From a virus (lineage: Duplodnaviria; Caudoviricetes): DNA of 44,370 bases. Of this stretch, positions 1 through 8,875 are shown in pieces. The position numbers and the translations under genes were made by a program. The notes beneath the pieces were generated by a model. That model did no database searches and was not told the DNA's origin. It saw only the letters and a program-made list of their open reading frames with translations. Numbering within the stretch: the stretch's first letter is position 1; each line of letters begins with the position of its first letter. The stretch covers positions 1 through 44,370 of the IMG/VR virus record IMGVR_UViG_3300016466_000283. The stretch is one strand, 5' to 3'.

Positions 1-49
1 GTAATAACCTTACTGTAGCAATCAGTACAAGCCCCACATCACAGGTAGA
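1..49. repeat. Terminal overlap identical to 44322-44370 (circular assembly)
   Basis: gtaataaccttactgtagcaatcagtacaagccccacatcacaggtaga is identical at both ends; the internal paralogous copy at 1742-1790 differs at 2 positions. Confidence 0.95.
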
Positions 50-845
50 CCCGACTGCTAGCAATCCTGTGTATGTATTTATTAATGGAGTTTTAAGAAG
101 TATAACTGGAGCATTGTCTTTAACTAGAAATGCAGGGACAAACTGGTTTAACTCTGGAAGTGCTGAATTAGCTACTAGAGAAATAGACTACTTTGTGTAT
201 TGTGGCTTTAATGCTACAGATGGTGTAGTACTCGGATATGCTCGTATCCCTTATGCTAGACTATACTCAGATTTTAACACTACAAATACAAATGAGAGAC
301 ACTGTGCAATCTCCACAATAACAAATGCAGCCGCTGGGGATAATTATATTGTAGTTGGTAGGTTTGCCGCCACTTTATCTGCTTCACCTAGCTTCAACTG
401 GTCTGTACCTACATTTACTAATGCAAATCTTATACAAGAGCCTATTTATGAGACGAGGTGGTTATTAGCCACATTGGCACCAGATGGAGATGGTGGCTCT
501 TTAGGAACTTTTGCACAAGATACTACTTCTCATAGATATATAATTAGGGGTAGAAATTGTTTATTACAAACTACTGGTAGAGTTACAAATAAAGGAAGTT
601 GGACAGGAATAGTAAGATTAAAAGCTCCTATATCTGCTGCTGCAAGCACACAAGATGTATATTCTCAATCAGGTTGGGTGGCAAATAATACTAATCCTAG
701 TAATGCAAGTAGAGCTGCAGCTAAAATATCAAGTACTGGAAATGGATATATAAATTATGTATCTAATATATATAATTCTAATTTATTGTGGTCTGCGGTT
801 GTAAATAATGATAGTTATTGGTTTAATGGAGAATACGAGATATAA
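1..845 (+). CDS. Tail fibre/spike protein 1, C-terminal part (gene starts at 43754 and crosses the junction, about 470 aa)
   Basis: Frame is continuous across the junction; paralogous to the C-terminal half of 856..2598; T/S/G/N-rich beta-strand composition. Confidence 0.75.
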   Translation, partial: NNLTVAISTSPTSQVDPTASNPVYVFINGVLRSITGALSLTRNAGTNWFNSGSAELATREIDYFVYCGFNATDGVVLGYARIPYARLYSDFNTTNTNERHCAISTITNAAAGDNYIVVGRFAATLSASPSFNWSVPTFTNANLIQEPIYETRWLLATLAPDGDGGSLGTFAQDTTSHRYIIRGRNCLLQTTGRVTNKGSWTGIVRLKAPISAAASTQDVYSQSGWVANNTNPSNASRAAAKISSTGNGYINYVSNIYNSNLLWSAVVNNDSYWFNGEYEI

Positions 846-855
846 CAACAAATCT

Positions 856-2598
856 ATGCCAAAACTAGAAGAACAATTAAATGAACAAGTATTAAATGGG
901 ACTGTATCTGTAAATAACCAAAATTTACAACAGGCTTTAATTGAAACTGCTGTGTTAGATGACTTAAATGATGTGGCTATTTCTAGTCCTATAAATGGAC
1001 AGATATTACAATATGATAGTGCAGATAGTACTTGGAAAAATGAAAACAATACTTTTTCAGGAGCTACACTAAATGGAGCGTCTATTATAAATAGCACACT
1101 TGAAAATAATACAGTAACTACTGGTACTTATTCATCACCAGTCAATGAAGCATTACTTATAAAAGCTAGAAAAGCTAGTGCTGGAACCATAACTAAAGGA
1201 CAAGTAGTATATATTACAGGTTCATCTGGAACTCACTTATTAGTAGAGTTGGCTCAAGCTAATACTGAAGCTACATCTGCTTATACTATTGGAATTGCAG
1301 CTACAAATATAACTAATACAGCTGATGGTTATATAATGCAAAATGGTAGGTTAACAGGATTGTCTACTTTACCAACTGCTAGTTTTATTGATGGAGATAC
1401 TTTATATTTATCTGAGACAACTGCTGGTGGATATAGAAAAACAATACCTACAGCTCCAAATCACGGTGTATTCTTAGGATTTGTTGTTAGAGCAAGCAAT
1501 GGAGCAACTGGTGAAATTGATGTTAGAATAGATAACTATCAAGAACTTGAAGAATTATCAGATGTTAATATAACTGGAGTTGCTGCTAATAATTTTTTAG
1601 TTAGAAATGCTACAAATACCAGATGGGAAAATAAAACAACTTCTGATGTTAAAACAACGTTAAATATAGACACTTTAGAATTGCAAACAAAGATTAGAAA
1701 TGCTGGGTTAATAAATGGATTTATAAGAGTAACAGTAGCAAGTAATAACCTTACTGTAGCAATTAGTACAAGCCCTACATCACAGGTAGACCCTACACCT
1801 GCTAATCCTGTGTATGTTTGGATAGATAATACATTAAGAACCATTACTTCTGCTTTGTCTACAACTAATAATGCTGGAACAAATTGGCTGAATTTAGGTA
1901 GTGCTGAAATAGCAGGATGGGAAACAGATTTATTTGTATATATAAGTTGGAATATAGTTGGAAATAACCCAGTAATTGGTGTTGCAAGAATACCTTTTGG
2001 TAGAAGGTTTGATAGTTTTGTTGCATCTGGATTTGATGAAAAAGGAGTATTAAGAGGAGGTAATTTAACAGGTACTGCAAACTCAGACCCTTATGTTAAT
2101 GTTGGTAGATTTGCTGCTACCCTATCTGCTGGAGCTGGGCATACTTGGACTGTACCTACTTTTACTAATACAAATCTAATACAAGCACCTATTTACGAAA
2201 CAAGATTATTAAGATATACTCCAGCATTAGGAACTTTAACTTTAGGAAATGGTGATAGATTAGCAGAATATTCAATACAAAACAATCAATTATTTTTCAA
2301 ATGTTCATTTAGATTTGGTAGTACATCTTCTTTATCTGCTGGACAATTTAGTTTTGGCTCAATACCTATGAAAATTAATCAAGACAATTCAAGCAGTGTT
2401 TTGCTAAATAGAGTTTCTTTCTCAGCACATTTTCACGATAGTGGTTCTCAATTATATGCTATAAATGTTATGCAACAAGCTACTGGAATAAATTTAGTTC
2501 AATGGCACGGCTCTACTGGGATTGTGGGAAACACATCACCAATTGCTACTTGGGCAACAGATGATGGTGCATTTGTGTCTGGAACATATATAATCTAA
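856..2598 (+). CDS. Tail fibre/spike protein 2
   Basis: ORF track 808..2598, but ATG 856 avoids overlap with the previous gene; LDDLNDV/LEELSDV fibre repeats, capsid-fibre-like segment, shared domain [25 protein letters not shown]. Confidence 0.75.
   Translation: MPKLEEQLNEQVLNGTVSVNNQNLQQALIETAVLDDLNDVAISSPINGQILQYDSADSTWKNENNTFSGATLNGASIINSTLENNTVTTGTYSSPVNEALLIKARKASAGTITKGQVVYITGSSGTHLLVELAQANTEATSAYTIGIAATNITNTADGYIMQNGRLTGLSTLPTASFIDGDTLYLSETTAGGYRKTIPTAPNHGVFLGFVVRASNGATGEIDVRIDNYQELEELSDVNITGVAANNFLVRNATNTRWENKTTSDVKTTLNIDTLELQTKIRNAGLINGFIRVTVASNNLTVAISTSPTSQVDPTPANPVYVWIDNTLRTITSALSTTNNAGTNWLNLGSAEIAGWETDLFVYISWNIVGNNPVIGVARIPFGRRFDSFVASGFDEKGVLRGGNLTGTANSDPYVNVGRFAATLSAGAGHTWTVPTFTNTNLIQAPIYETRLLRYTPALGTLTLGNGDRLAEYSIQNNQLFFKCSFRFGSTSSLSAGQFSFGSIPMKINQDNSSSVLLNRVSFSAHFHDSGSQLYAINVMQQATGINLVQWHGSTGIVGNTSPIATWATDDGAFVSGTYII
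1692..1818 (+). repeat. Near-identical DNA block shared by the two tail-fibre genes (other copy about 44272-44370 plus 50-77)
   Basis: attagaaa..ataaatggatttataagagtaacagtagcaagtaataaccttactgtagcaat..aatcctgtgtatgt present in both. Confidence 0.9.
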
Positions 2599-2648
2599 CA
2601 ACAAACATATGACTACAAACAAATGGAACTGGAAAAAATAACTAACCT

Positions 2649-2723
2649 ATGCTCCCAACCACACTAGACAACATAATGATGTTGCTCTTGACATTGTTTT
2701 TATTGTGGAATTTATTTAGGTAA
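2649..2723 (+). CDS. Putative 24-aa hydrophobic peptide
   Basis: Hand translation MLPTTLDNIMMLLLTLFLLWNLFR*. Confidence 0.35.
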   Translation: MLPTTLDNIMMLLLTLFLLWNLFR

Positions 2724-2743
2724 TTGAATTTTACTTTATAGCC

Positions 2744-2758
2744 TCAAAATGATATAAT
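2744..2758 (+). promoter_or_regulatory. Phage-specific (late-type) promoter TCAAAATGATATAAT driving sRNA-1
   Basis: Same motif found before the virion gene blocks. Confidence 0.75.
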
Positions 2759-2764
2759 TGTAGT

Positions 2765-2841
2765 GCCAGTTAGTAGTGTTGCTGGCTTTCTGCTTTGCAA
2801 TCCGTGTGTAGTTTATATGAGTTTTCTGCACGCGGATTTTT
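2765..2841 (+). ncRNA. sRNA-1: 5' hairpin with loop UAGUAGUGUU plus intrinsic terminator
   Basis: Stem GCCAGT 2765-2770 / GCTGGC 2781-2786; terminator stem 2799-2811 / 2826-2838 with two G.U pairs then a T-run; no ORF. Confidence 0.75.
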
Positions 2842-2844
2842 AGT

Positions 2845-2873
2845 TTGACAAAATGAAAAAAGTATGATAATAT
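2845..2873 (+). promoter_or_regulatory. Sigma70-type promoter of the replication operon
   Basis: TTGACA-17 nt-TAATAT with extended TG. Confidence 0.7.
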
Positions 2874-2936
2874 AAGGGTACACAAAGTAAGTGGAGTTAA
2901 GTCAGCTGAAGGACTATAAATTACAGGCGAAGTTAA

Positions 2937-3023
2937 TAACTCAAGAATATCTATACATTGTAATTGTAGAGCTTCTTGCGAGTTACCTGAGAGAAATCTC
3001 GGGCTCTTCGCAAGGAGTTTTTT
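2937..3023 (+). promoter_or_regulatory. Attenuator-like leader (alternative terminator/antiterminator)
   Basis: 2971-2981 pairs with 3008-3018 (followed by a T-run), or 2973-2985 pairs with 2937-2947. Confidence 0.6.
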
Positions 3024-3042
3024 AGTTTATAAAAATAATAAA

Positions 3043-3222
3043 ATGACATACAATCAAGCATTCCCAAAATTATATAGAAAGTTAAAACAACATAATATCA
3101 CTTATAATTCACTTACACTGATTGATAAATTAAAAAAAGTAGAAGAGAAGTATGGAGAGATAAAAGATATCTACCTAGATACTATAGTAAATCAAATATT
3201 GGCAAGTAAGAAAGAAATATGA
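3043..3222 (+). CDS. Hypothetical 59-aa protein
   Basis: Hand translation MTYNQAFPKLYRKLKQ...ASKKEI*; ATGA overlap with the next gene. Confidence 0.7.
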   Translation: MTYNQAFPKLYRKLKQHNITYNSLTLIDKLKKVEEKYGEIKDIYLDTIVNQILASKKEI

Positions 3223-3782
3223 AAAATGAATTAGAAGTATTATTTATACAATTACAAGATAAGCCAATTGCTTATCATAAAATATACTCAGATATTACAG
3301 GTAGTTTAACCTCAGGAGTATTATTATCTCAATTATTATATTGGTATAAAGCAATGGGAGGTAAACAATTTTATAAAACTGACAAAGATTTTATGGACGA
3401 ATTATCTATGGGACTTTGGGAATTAAAAGGAGCTAAGAAAAAATTATTAGATTTGGGATTAATATCTACTGAAAGAAAAGGAATACCAGCTAAAACATAT
3501 TATAATATTAATATAAATAGTATTATTGCACTAATAACTAGTTGTGGGAAAACCAATTCACCAGTTGTTGGAAAAACCAACAACTTGATAGATGAAAAAC
3601 CAACAACTACTACAGAGAATACTCAGAGAATAAACAGATATTATAAAAATTTTGAAAATAAAAAACAAAAACAACCATATTTTATGAACAAACCAATGAC
3701 TAAAGATTTAAAACAAGTTATATGGGGACAAAATGATTTTAGAACATTTGCAGGTAAGAAAGAAGACATAGAGTGGAAATGA
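3219..3782 (+). CDS. Phage replication initiator (lambda O-like winged helix)
   Basis: IAYHKIY..GSLTSGVLLSQLLYW..FYKT..ELSM pattern typical of phage initiators; internal iteron-like repeats. Confidence 0.75.
   Translation: MKNELEVLFIQLQDKPIAYHKIYSDITGSLTSGVLLSQLLYWYKAMGGKQFYKTDKDFMDELSMGLWELKGAKKKLLDLGLISTERKGIPAKTYYNININSIIALITSCGKTNSPVVGKTNNLIDEKPTTTTENTQRINRYYKNFENKKQKQPYFMNKPMTKDLKQVIWGQNDFRTFAGKKEDIEWK
3540..3608. repeat. Iteron-like repeats (probable replication origin)
   Basis: agttgtgggaaaaccaa, agttgttggaaaaaccaacaact, gatgaaaaaccaacaact at 23-24 bp spacing, followed by an A-rich tract. Confidence 0.65.
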
Positions 3783-3788
3783 TATTCA

Positions 3789-3818
3789 TTGACAAATTAT
3801 AATATTGTGTAGTATATT
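3789..3818 (+). promoter_or_regulatory. Sigma70-type promoter
   Basis: TTGACA 3789-3794 and TATATT 3813-3818. Confidence 0.55.
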
Positions 3819-3848
3819 AATTGCAAACAGATAATTACACAACACTAT

Positions 3849-4241
3849 ATGCCTAAAGCAAGAAGAATTATATTAAATATAAACTTTAAAAAAACCATAG
3901 CAGATAATATATTTAGCAGAAAATCAATTATAATTGAATTTAAATCAATTACAGAAGCAGAAGAAAAATTAGGAATAGACAAATCGTTATTACATAAATT
4001 ACTTGAAACAAACAAAGAACTAGAAGGAATATTAGCAATTGTAGAAGGAGATATGGGATTTATAGATAAAACTGAAAAGACTGAAACAGAGACAGCTAAA
4101 GTTAAACAACAAAAAATGAAAGAGCATTTAGAAAGAGTAGCTAATTACTGTAAAAAACATAAAGTTAATTATGTTAAAACTCTAACCAAATGCCCACTTT
4201 GTAAATTAGATGAAGCCAAAACTAAATTCAAAATGCTATAA
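3849..4241 (+). CDS. Putative DNA-binding protein (NUMOD1-like HTH plus C-terminal Cys/His motif)
   Basis: EFKSITEAEEKLGI helix-turn-helix pattern; CKKH..CPLC. Confidence 0.5.
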   Translation: MPKARRIILNINFKKTIADNIFSRKSIIIEFKSITEAEEKLGIDKSLLHKLLETNKELEGILAIVEGDMGFIDKTEKTETETAKVKQQKMKEHLERVANYCKKHKVNYVKTLTKCPLCKLDEAKTKFKML

Positions 4242-4242
4242 T
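4228..4242 (+). promoter_or_regulatory. Late-type promoter TCAAAATGCTATAAT
   Basis: Repeated motif, 25 nt before the tail block. Confidence 0.75.
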
Positions 4243-4266
4243 ATAAATAATTAATTTTTATTTATT

Positions 4267-5622
4267 ATGGCATTATTAAAATATCCAAACAAATTAATTG
4301 TTACAAACGCTCCGACTACTTTTCTTTCAAATGATTATTTAACTACTGGGCAAGCTAGTGTTGTTGTAGATAACGCTTCAACAGGTTCTGGTTATGCTTT
4401 TATTGCAATAGAAAATATTGCTAATGAAAAATGGGAAATTATAAATGTCAGCAGTATATCTGGAAATACAATTAACCTTGCTACTAATACCGTATATACT
4501 CATCAAGCAGGTGCTATAGTCTATTTCTTAAAATATAATCAAATTGAATTTTCTTATTCAACAACTTTAGGAGGTGTAAAATCTGTACTCTCTACAGTCA
4601 ATATTGCGGGGTCAGATGAATATACTCTTTATGAAGACACTGCACACGTATCTGGATATGCCCACACACGCCTTAAAAATTCCGTCTCTGCGACGTTTTC
4701 TGCCTATTCCTCTGCTATCCCCTATACTTACTCAAAAAAGAGTGCGAGAGAGCTAAAAACTCTTGCCTTGTTAGAACTTAATGAAGAGAACTCACCCTCC
4801 ATTACTGATGAGTTTGTATTTAGGTTGATTAATAAAGCTGAGTCTGAAATTGTAAACCTAAGAAAAAAAGGTAAATGGGCTTGGCTTAGAACTCATAACT
4901 ATGCTTTAGGTACTATGGCTGCTGGTGGTTGGAGATTAGCCTTACCTGCAGATATTCAAGATAGAGAGTCTGATGAAAGTATTGAAGAAGTTAAATTTGG
5001 AGCTGGTAATAATTTACAATACTTAGGTCTTAAAGACTGGAATACTATGCTTAATAATGTTAACTATACTGAGTTAACTGCTGATATATCTATCGGAGCT
5101 AGTACAATTTCTGGAGTATTATTTGCTAACTTCCCAGATGAAGGTACGGTTGAAATAGGAAGTAATGTAGTTAAATATACTGGTAAAACTAATACTACTT
5201 TAACTGGTTGTACTGGAGTTACTACTGCAGTTACTGCTGGAGCTACAATATTTCAATCTGTTTCTAGTGGTAAACCTACTTATTACACTATTCAAGATGG
5301 ATATATTTATGTCTATCCTATTGTAGGTGAGCAACAATCTAATAAAGCTCTAATTATGACTTATTATCATACTCCAAAAGTTATCAATACTGGCTATGAT
5401 GAAGTGTCTGTACCTGATGAAACCGCTATTGTAGATTATTTAGTTTGGAAAATAGACGCTAGACTTAATGCAGGTGGTTCAACTGTTGGTCAAATTGCTT
5501 ATCAGTCTTTTCTAACTAAAGCAGATAGAATGCGACGTCAAGAAAGTTCTGGTAGAATTACTGTGCTTAAACCTCATATTTTTAAATACAATACCATAAT
5601 CCAATTTAACGATGAATTATAA
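4267..5622 (+). CDS. Virion protein, probable head-tail adaptor/tail tube-like
   Basis: 451 aa; adaptor-like segments (LINKAESEI..W.WLR; PTYYTI..IYVYP); precedes the nozzle-like gene. Confidence 0.5.
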   Translation: MALLKYPNKLIVTNAPTTFLSNDYLTTGQASVVVDNASTGSGYAFIAIENIANEKWEIINVSSISGNTINLATNTVYTHQAGAIVYFLKYNQIEFSYSTTLGGVKSVLSTVNIAGSDEYTLYEDTAHVSGYAHTRLKNSVSATFSAYSSAIPYTYSKKSARELKTLALLELNEENSPSITDEFVFRLINKAESEIVNLRKKGKWAWLRTHNYALGTMAAGGWRLALPADIQDRESDESIEEVKFGAGNNLQYLGLKDWNTMLNNVNYTELTADISIGASTISGVLFANFPDEGTVEIGSNVVKYTGKTNTTLTGCTGVTTAVTAGATIFQSVSSGKPTYYTIQDGYIYVYPIVGEQQSNKALIMTYYHTPKVINTGYDEVSVPDETAIVDYLVWKIDARLNAGGSTVGQIAYQSFLTKADRMRRQESSGRITVLKPHIFKYNTIIQFNDEL

Positions 5623-5624
5623 CT

Positions 5625-7034
5625 ATGGCAACAGAATCTTATAGACAATTTGATGCAGGTATAATCTCACCTGAGTCTATTGCAAGAGACAAAATTAAAA
5701 GTACTAATCAAAATTCAGTAGCTTTTGCTTATAATGTAGACTTTGATAGTACTATGGGTTATGTTAAAGCTAGAAAAGGTAGTATTAAAATAGGTGCTAG
5801 TATTTCTGGAGTTGAAGATATTCAAGGTATTTCTGCACTTAGAACCTTCTCAAGTAACATACCAGTCGTTGCTACTAGTAATGGCACAAATTCTAATATG
5901 TACTACTGGAATGGGTCAGCTTGGACCGCAAGTACTGGTTGGACATCAAAAGGTCTAGGACAGCACAGATTTGCTCAATTAGGAGGTAGTATATTTGTAG
6001 TTAATGGGGTTAATGATATGATGAGCTCAACTAATGGAGCTAGTTGGGTTACTACTAATTGTCCAACTGCTTTAGTCTTATCTTATATTACAAGATACAG
6101 AGGTAGGCTAATTGCAATGAATACTAATGGCACGGTATATTTTTCATCTATTATAAATCCTGCTGTGTCTCCATTTATTACTTGGACTACTGCTACTAAC
6201 TTTTTTAGAGTTAATCCTGATGATGGTGGATATGCTAGTGGATTTGCTACTGTTGGTAATGTGCTTCTTATATTCAAAAATAATGGATTTTATAGAGCAG
6301 ATATTACTAATGAGTTTGTAGTGCCTGATGATTTGTATCAAGTTGGTGCTGTAAGTCAGGAAGCTATTACAGTTAGTCAAGGTCTATGTTATTTCTATTC
6401 TGGAACTTCTATTTATAAAACTGATGGGTCTGCTTATCCTGTAGATATTGGCAGAACAATTCAGTATTATATTGACTTAATTCCTAATAAGTCAGATGTA
6501 TATATGACATCTGATGAACATTATATCTATTTAGAAGTTGGAAACTTAACTATTAATGGAGTAACTTATAGTAATACAGTGTTTAGATATTCTATCCGTT
6601 CAGATAGTTGGACTATATTTGGGTATCCATATAGAGTAAAACAAGTCTTTTATAATGACAAAGATAATAAAATTTATGCAGGGTCAGTTAATAATATCTA
6701 CGAGATAGAAGGAGATTATCTTAATGACAATAATATTAAAATACCTTATGAAGTTGTATTCCAAGAACTAGATGGTGGTATGCGAGGTATGACTAAATCT
6801 ATAAATAATAATATAGCTATTTACAGTAAGTATGCTAATGGGTCTAGTATTACAATAACTAATGATGAAGGTAAACAGGATACAGTTGGTATAGTATCTG
6901 AGTATAAAGTTGCAAGACCATTTAACATACACGGTAATTGGTTTAATATAAAATGGAGTGGAGTTGTAAATAATAAACTACCAATCTTTGAAGGAGTAGA
7001 TATATTCTATGATAATAAAGGCATAAGAAAATAA
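5625..7034 (+). CDS. Tail nozzle/stabilisation protein (P22 gp10-like)
   Basis: 469 aa beta-propeller-like pattern (NVDFD..G.VKARKG; YRGRLI; LLIFK); position. Confidence 0.6.
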   Translation: MATESYRQFDAGIISPESIARDKIKSTNQNSVAFAYNVDFDSTMGYVKARKGSIKIGASISGVEDIQGISALRTFSSNIPVVATSNGTNSNMYYWNGSAWTASTGWTSKGLGQHRFAQLGGSIFVVNGVNDMMSSTNGASWVTTNCPTALVLSYITRYRGRLIAMNTNGTVYFSSIINPAVSPFITWTTATNFFRVNPDDGGYASGFATVGNVLLIFKNNGFYRADITNEFVVPDDLYQVGAVSQEAITVSQGLCYFYSGTSIYKTDGSAYPVDIGRTIQYYIDLIPNKSDVYMTSDEHYIYLEVGNLTINGVTYSNTVFRYSIRSDSWTIFGYPYRVKQVFYNDKDNKIYAGSVNNIYEIEGDYLNDNNIKIPYEVVFQELDGGMRGMTKSINNNIAIYSKYANGSSITITNDEGKQDTVGIVSEYKVARPFNIHGNWFNIKWSGVVNNKLPIFEGVDIFYDNKGIRK

Positions 7035-7035
7035 T

Positions 7036-7689
7036 ATGGCTAGATTTGTAAACACAAATAATGCTCAACTACTAAATCCAGATGTACAAAACAATCAGAC
7101 TTCACCGTTTGCTCAGAGTTTAGTATCTGAAATTGTACCACCATCAAGATTAGGTGGTGGTGTTATACGAGGTGATTTACAATCTGAAAACTATGTATCA
7201 GGAGCTACTGGGTGGAAATTAAGAAGAGATGGTGTAATAGAGGCTTTAGGTATCCAAATAGCTGGTAATTCTACAATAGCTGGCTGGAATATAGATAGTA
7301 CAACAATATATCAAACAGGGGCAGTTTTAAGCTCTACAGGCTATGTTTCATTTGGTGCTACACCTCCTACTACTTATGGAAATAATGTTGGTGCATATTT
7401 AGGTTATACAGGCAGTAAAGCTAAGTTTAGTTTATATAATAACTCTAATAACTATTTTCAATGGGACGGGGATAAACTGTTAATCAAAGCTGCTAATTTT
7501 ACACTAGATAGTTCTGGTAACATAACAGCTTCTAGTGCTAATATTACAGGAGCTATTACAGCTACATCTGGAAATATATCTGGAACATTAACTATTGGAG
7601 GAGATAATAGTGTTATTATAGACGGTACTAATGCTAGAATAACAGTTAAAAATGGTTCGCTTAATAGTATTATATTAGGTAATATATAA
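7036..7689 (+). CDS. Tail protein
   Basis: LQSENYVSGATGWKLRRDG motif common in tail/host-specificity proteins. Confidence 0.6.
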   Translation: MARFVNTNNAQLLNPDVQNNQTSPFAQSLVSEIVPPSRLGGGVIRGDLQSENYVSGATGWKLRRDGVIEALGIQIAGNSTIAGWNIDSTTIYQTGAVLSSTGYVSFGATPPTTYGNNVGAYLGYTGSKAKFSLYNNSNNYFQWDGDKLLIKAANFTLDSSGNITASSANITGAITATSGNISGTLTIGGDNSVIIDGTNARITVKNGSLNSIILGNI

Positions 7690-8432
7690 TGGCATACGGA
7701 ATACGAGTAGCTAGACCTGGATATAATGCAAGCACTTGTGCTGATTTTGAAACTGCTTTTGATAGTAGATACCCTAATCTAAAAATAGCTTTTCAAGGAG
7801 CTTTTACAACTACTAGTTCTACTTCATCACAAACTGTAGTTACACATAATTTAGGTTATGCACCTGTGTTTTGGTTATATGTAAAAGATAAATATGGGAC
7901 AAATAATATAACTTTAGCTACAACTGGATATAGTCAATTCTTTAGAATAAATGGCACAAATTTAATTTATGATGGTGGTTTAGCTGATGTAATAGAAATA
8001 TATTATTATATATTTCATCAAAAAATAGACCAGAATATTACTTATAATACAGTGAGCAATACACCTACTACACAAGGGACTACTACTGTTGATTATGGAA
8101 TAAGAGTTGCAAAATCAGGATTTGATGCTACAACTGCTAGCCCTAAAGATTTAGCTTGGAGCTCAGAATATCCTAGTCCTATAATACAAAAAATGGCTAC
8201 TGGAACAACTACAACTGCTTCTCAAACAACAATTTTACACGGATTAAATTATTATCCACAATACTTTTTATATTTTTATAATGTATTTGCAGATAGTAGA
8301 TGGCAAGTAGTATTTAACTCTTTTGATTTAGAGTCTTATGCTACAACTTCTGATATAAAATTTACATTTTATGGATTTAACCCTACTTATGATTATGGAC
8401 TATTAATATTAAAAGACCCTATTAAAGTATAA
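7689..8432 (+). CDS. Tail-associated protein (two internal repeats)
   Basis: YGIRVA..G.(D/N)A.T..HNLGY.P unit twice. Confidence 0.6.
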   Translation: MAYGIRVARPGYNASTCADFETAFDSRYPNLKIAFQGAFTTTSSTSSQTVVTHNLGYAPVFWLYVKDKYGTNNITLATTGYSQFFRINGTNLIYDGGLADVIEIYYYIFHQKIDQNITYNTVSNTPTTQGTTTVDYGIRVAKSGFDATTASPKDLAWSSEYPSPIIQKMATGTTTTASQTTILHGLNYYPQYFLYFYNVFADSRWQVVFNSFDLESYATTSDIKFTFYGFNPTYDYGLLILKDPIKV

Positions 8433-8434
8433 TT

Positions 8435-8839
8435 ATGGCTTACGGAATAAAAATTGCATTACCTACATTTGATGCTACAACTGCTACAACAGAGCAGTTA
8501 GCTATTACTTCTGAAAAGTCTATGTTAAAACAAGAAAGAAAAGGAAGTACGACTTATACATTTAGCGGTAGTCCTGCTAATGTTACAATATTAACAGTTA
8601 CTCATAACCTTAACTATGTACCTGCCGCTATTGTTAGTTGGTATAGAAGTTCAATTAATCAAGGAGCTATGCTACCATACTATGAAATAACTGGAGGTGG
8701 GTATGATGAACAAATATTTTTTGAAATGACTACAACTCAATTTTTTATTAAGTATGTATCAAATGACCCTACTCCTACAAATCGTAATGGACAGGTGTGG
8801 ACTTTTGATTATACTATATGGTATGACCCTGCACAATAA
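8435..8839 (+). CDS. Tail-associated protein (one repeat, paralog of the previous gene)
   Basis: MAYGIKIA..FDATTA..THNLNYVP. Confidence 0.6.
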   Translation: MAYGIKIALPTFDATTATTEQLAITSEKSMLKQERKGSTTYTFSGSPANVTILTVTHNLNYVPAAIVSWYRSSINQGAMLPYYEITGGGYDEQIFFEMTTTQFFIKYVSNDPTPTNRNGQVWTFDYTIWYDPAQ

Positions 8840-8841
8840 AT

Positions 8842-8856
8842 TCAAAATGTTATAAT
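8842..8856 (+). promoter_or_regulatory. Late-type promoter TCAAAATGTTATAAT
   Basis: Repeated motif before the portal gene. Confidence 0.8.
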
Positions 8857-8875
8857 AGGATAAATATATACGACT

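Noticed and set aside
1-2598. Diversity-generating retroelement acting on the duplicated fibre genes
   Set aside because: No reverse transcriptase; differences are not adenine-specific; both copies are coding
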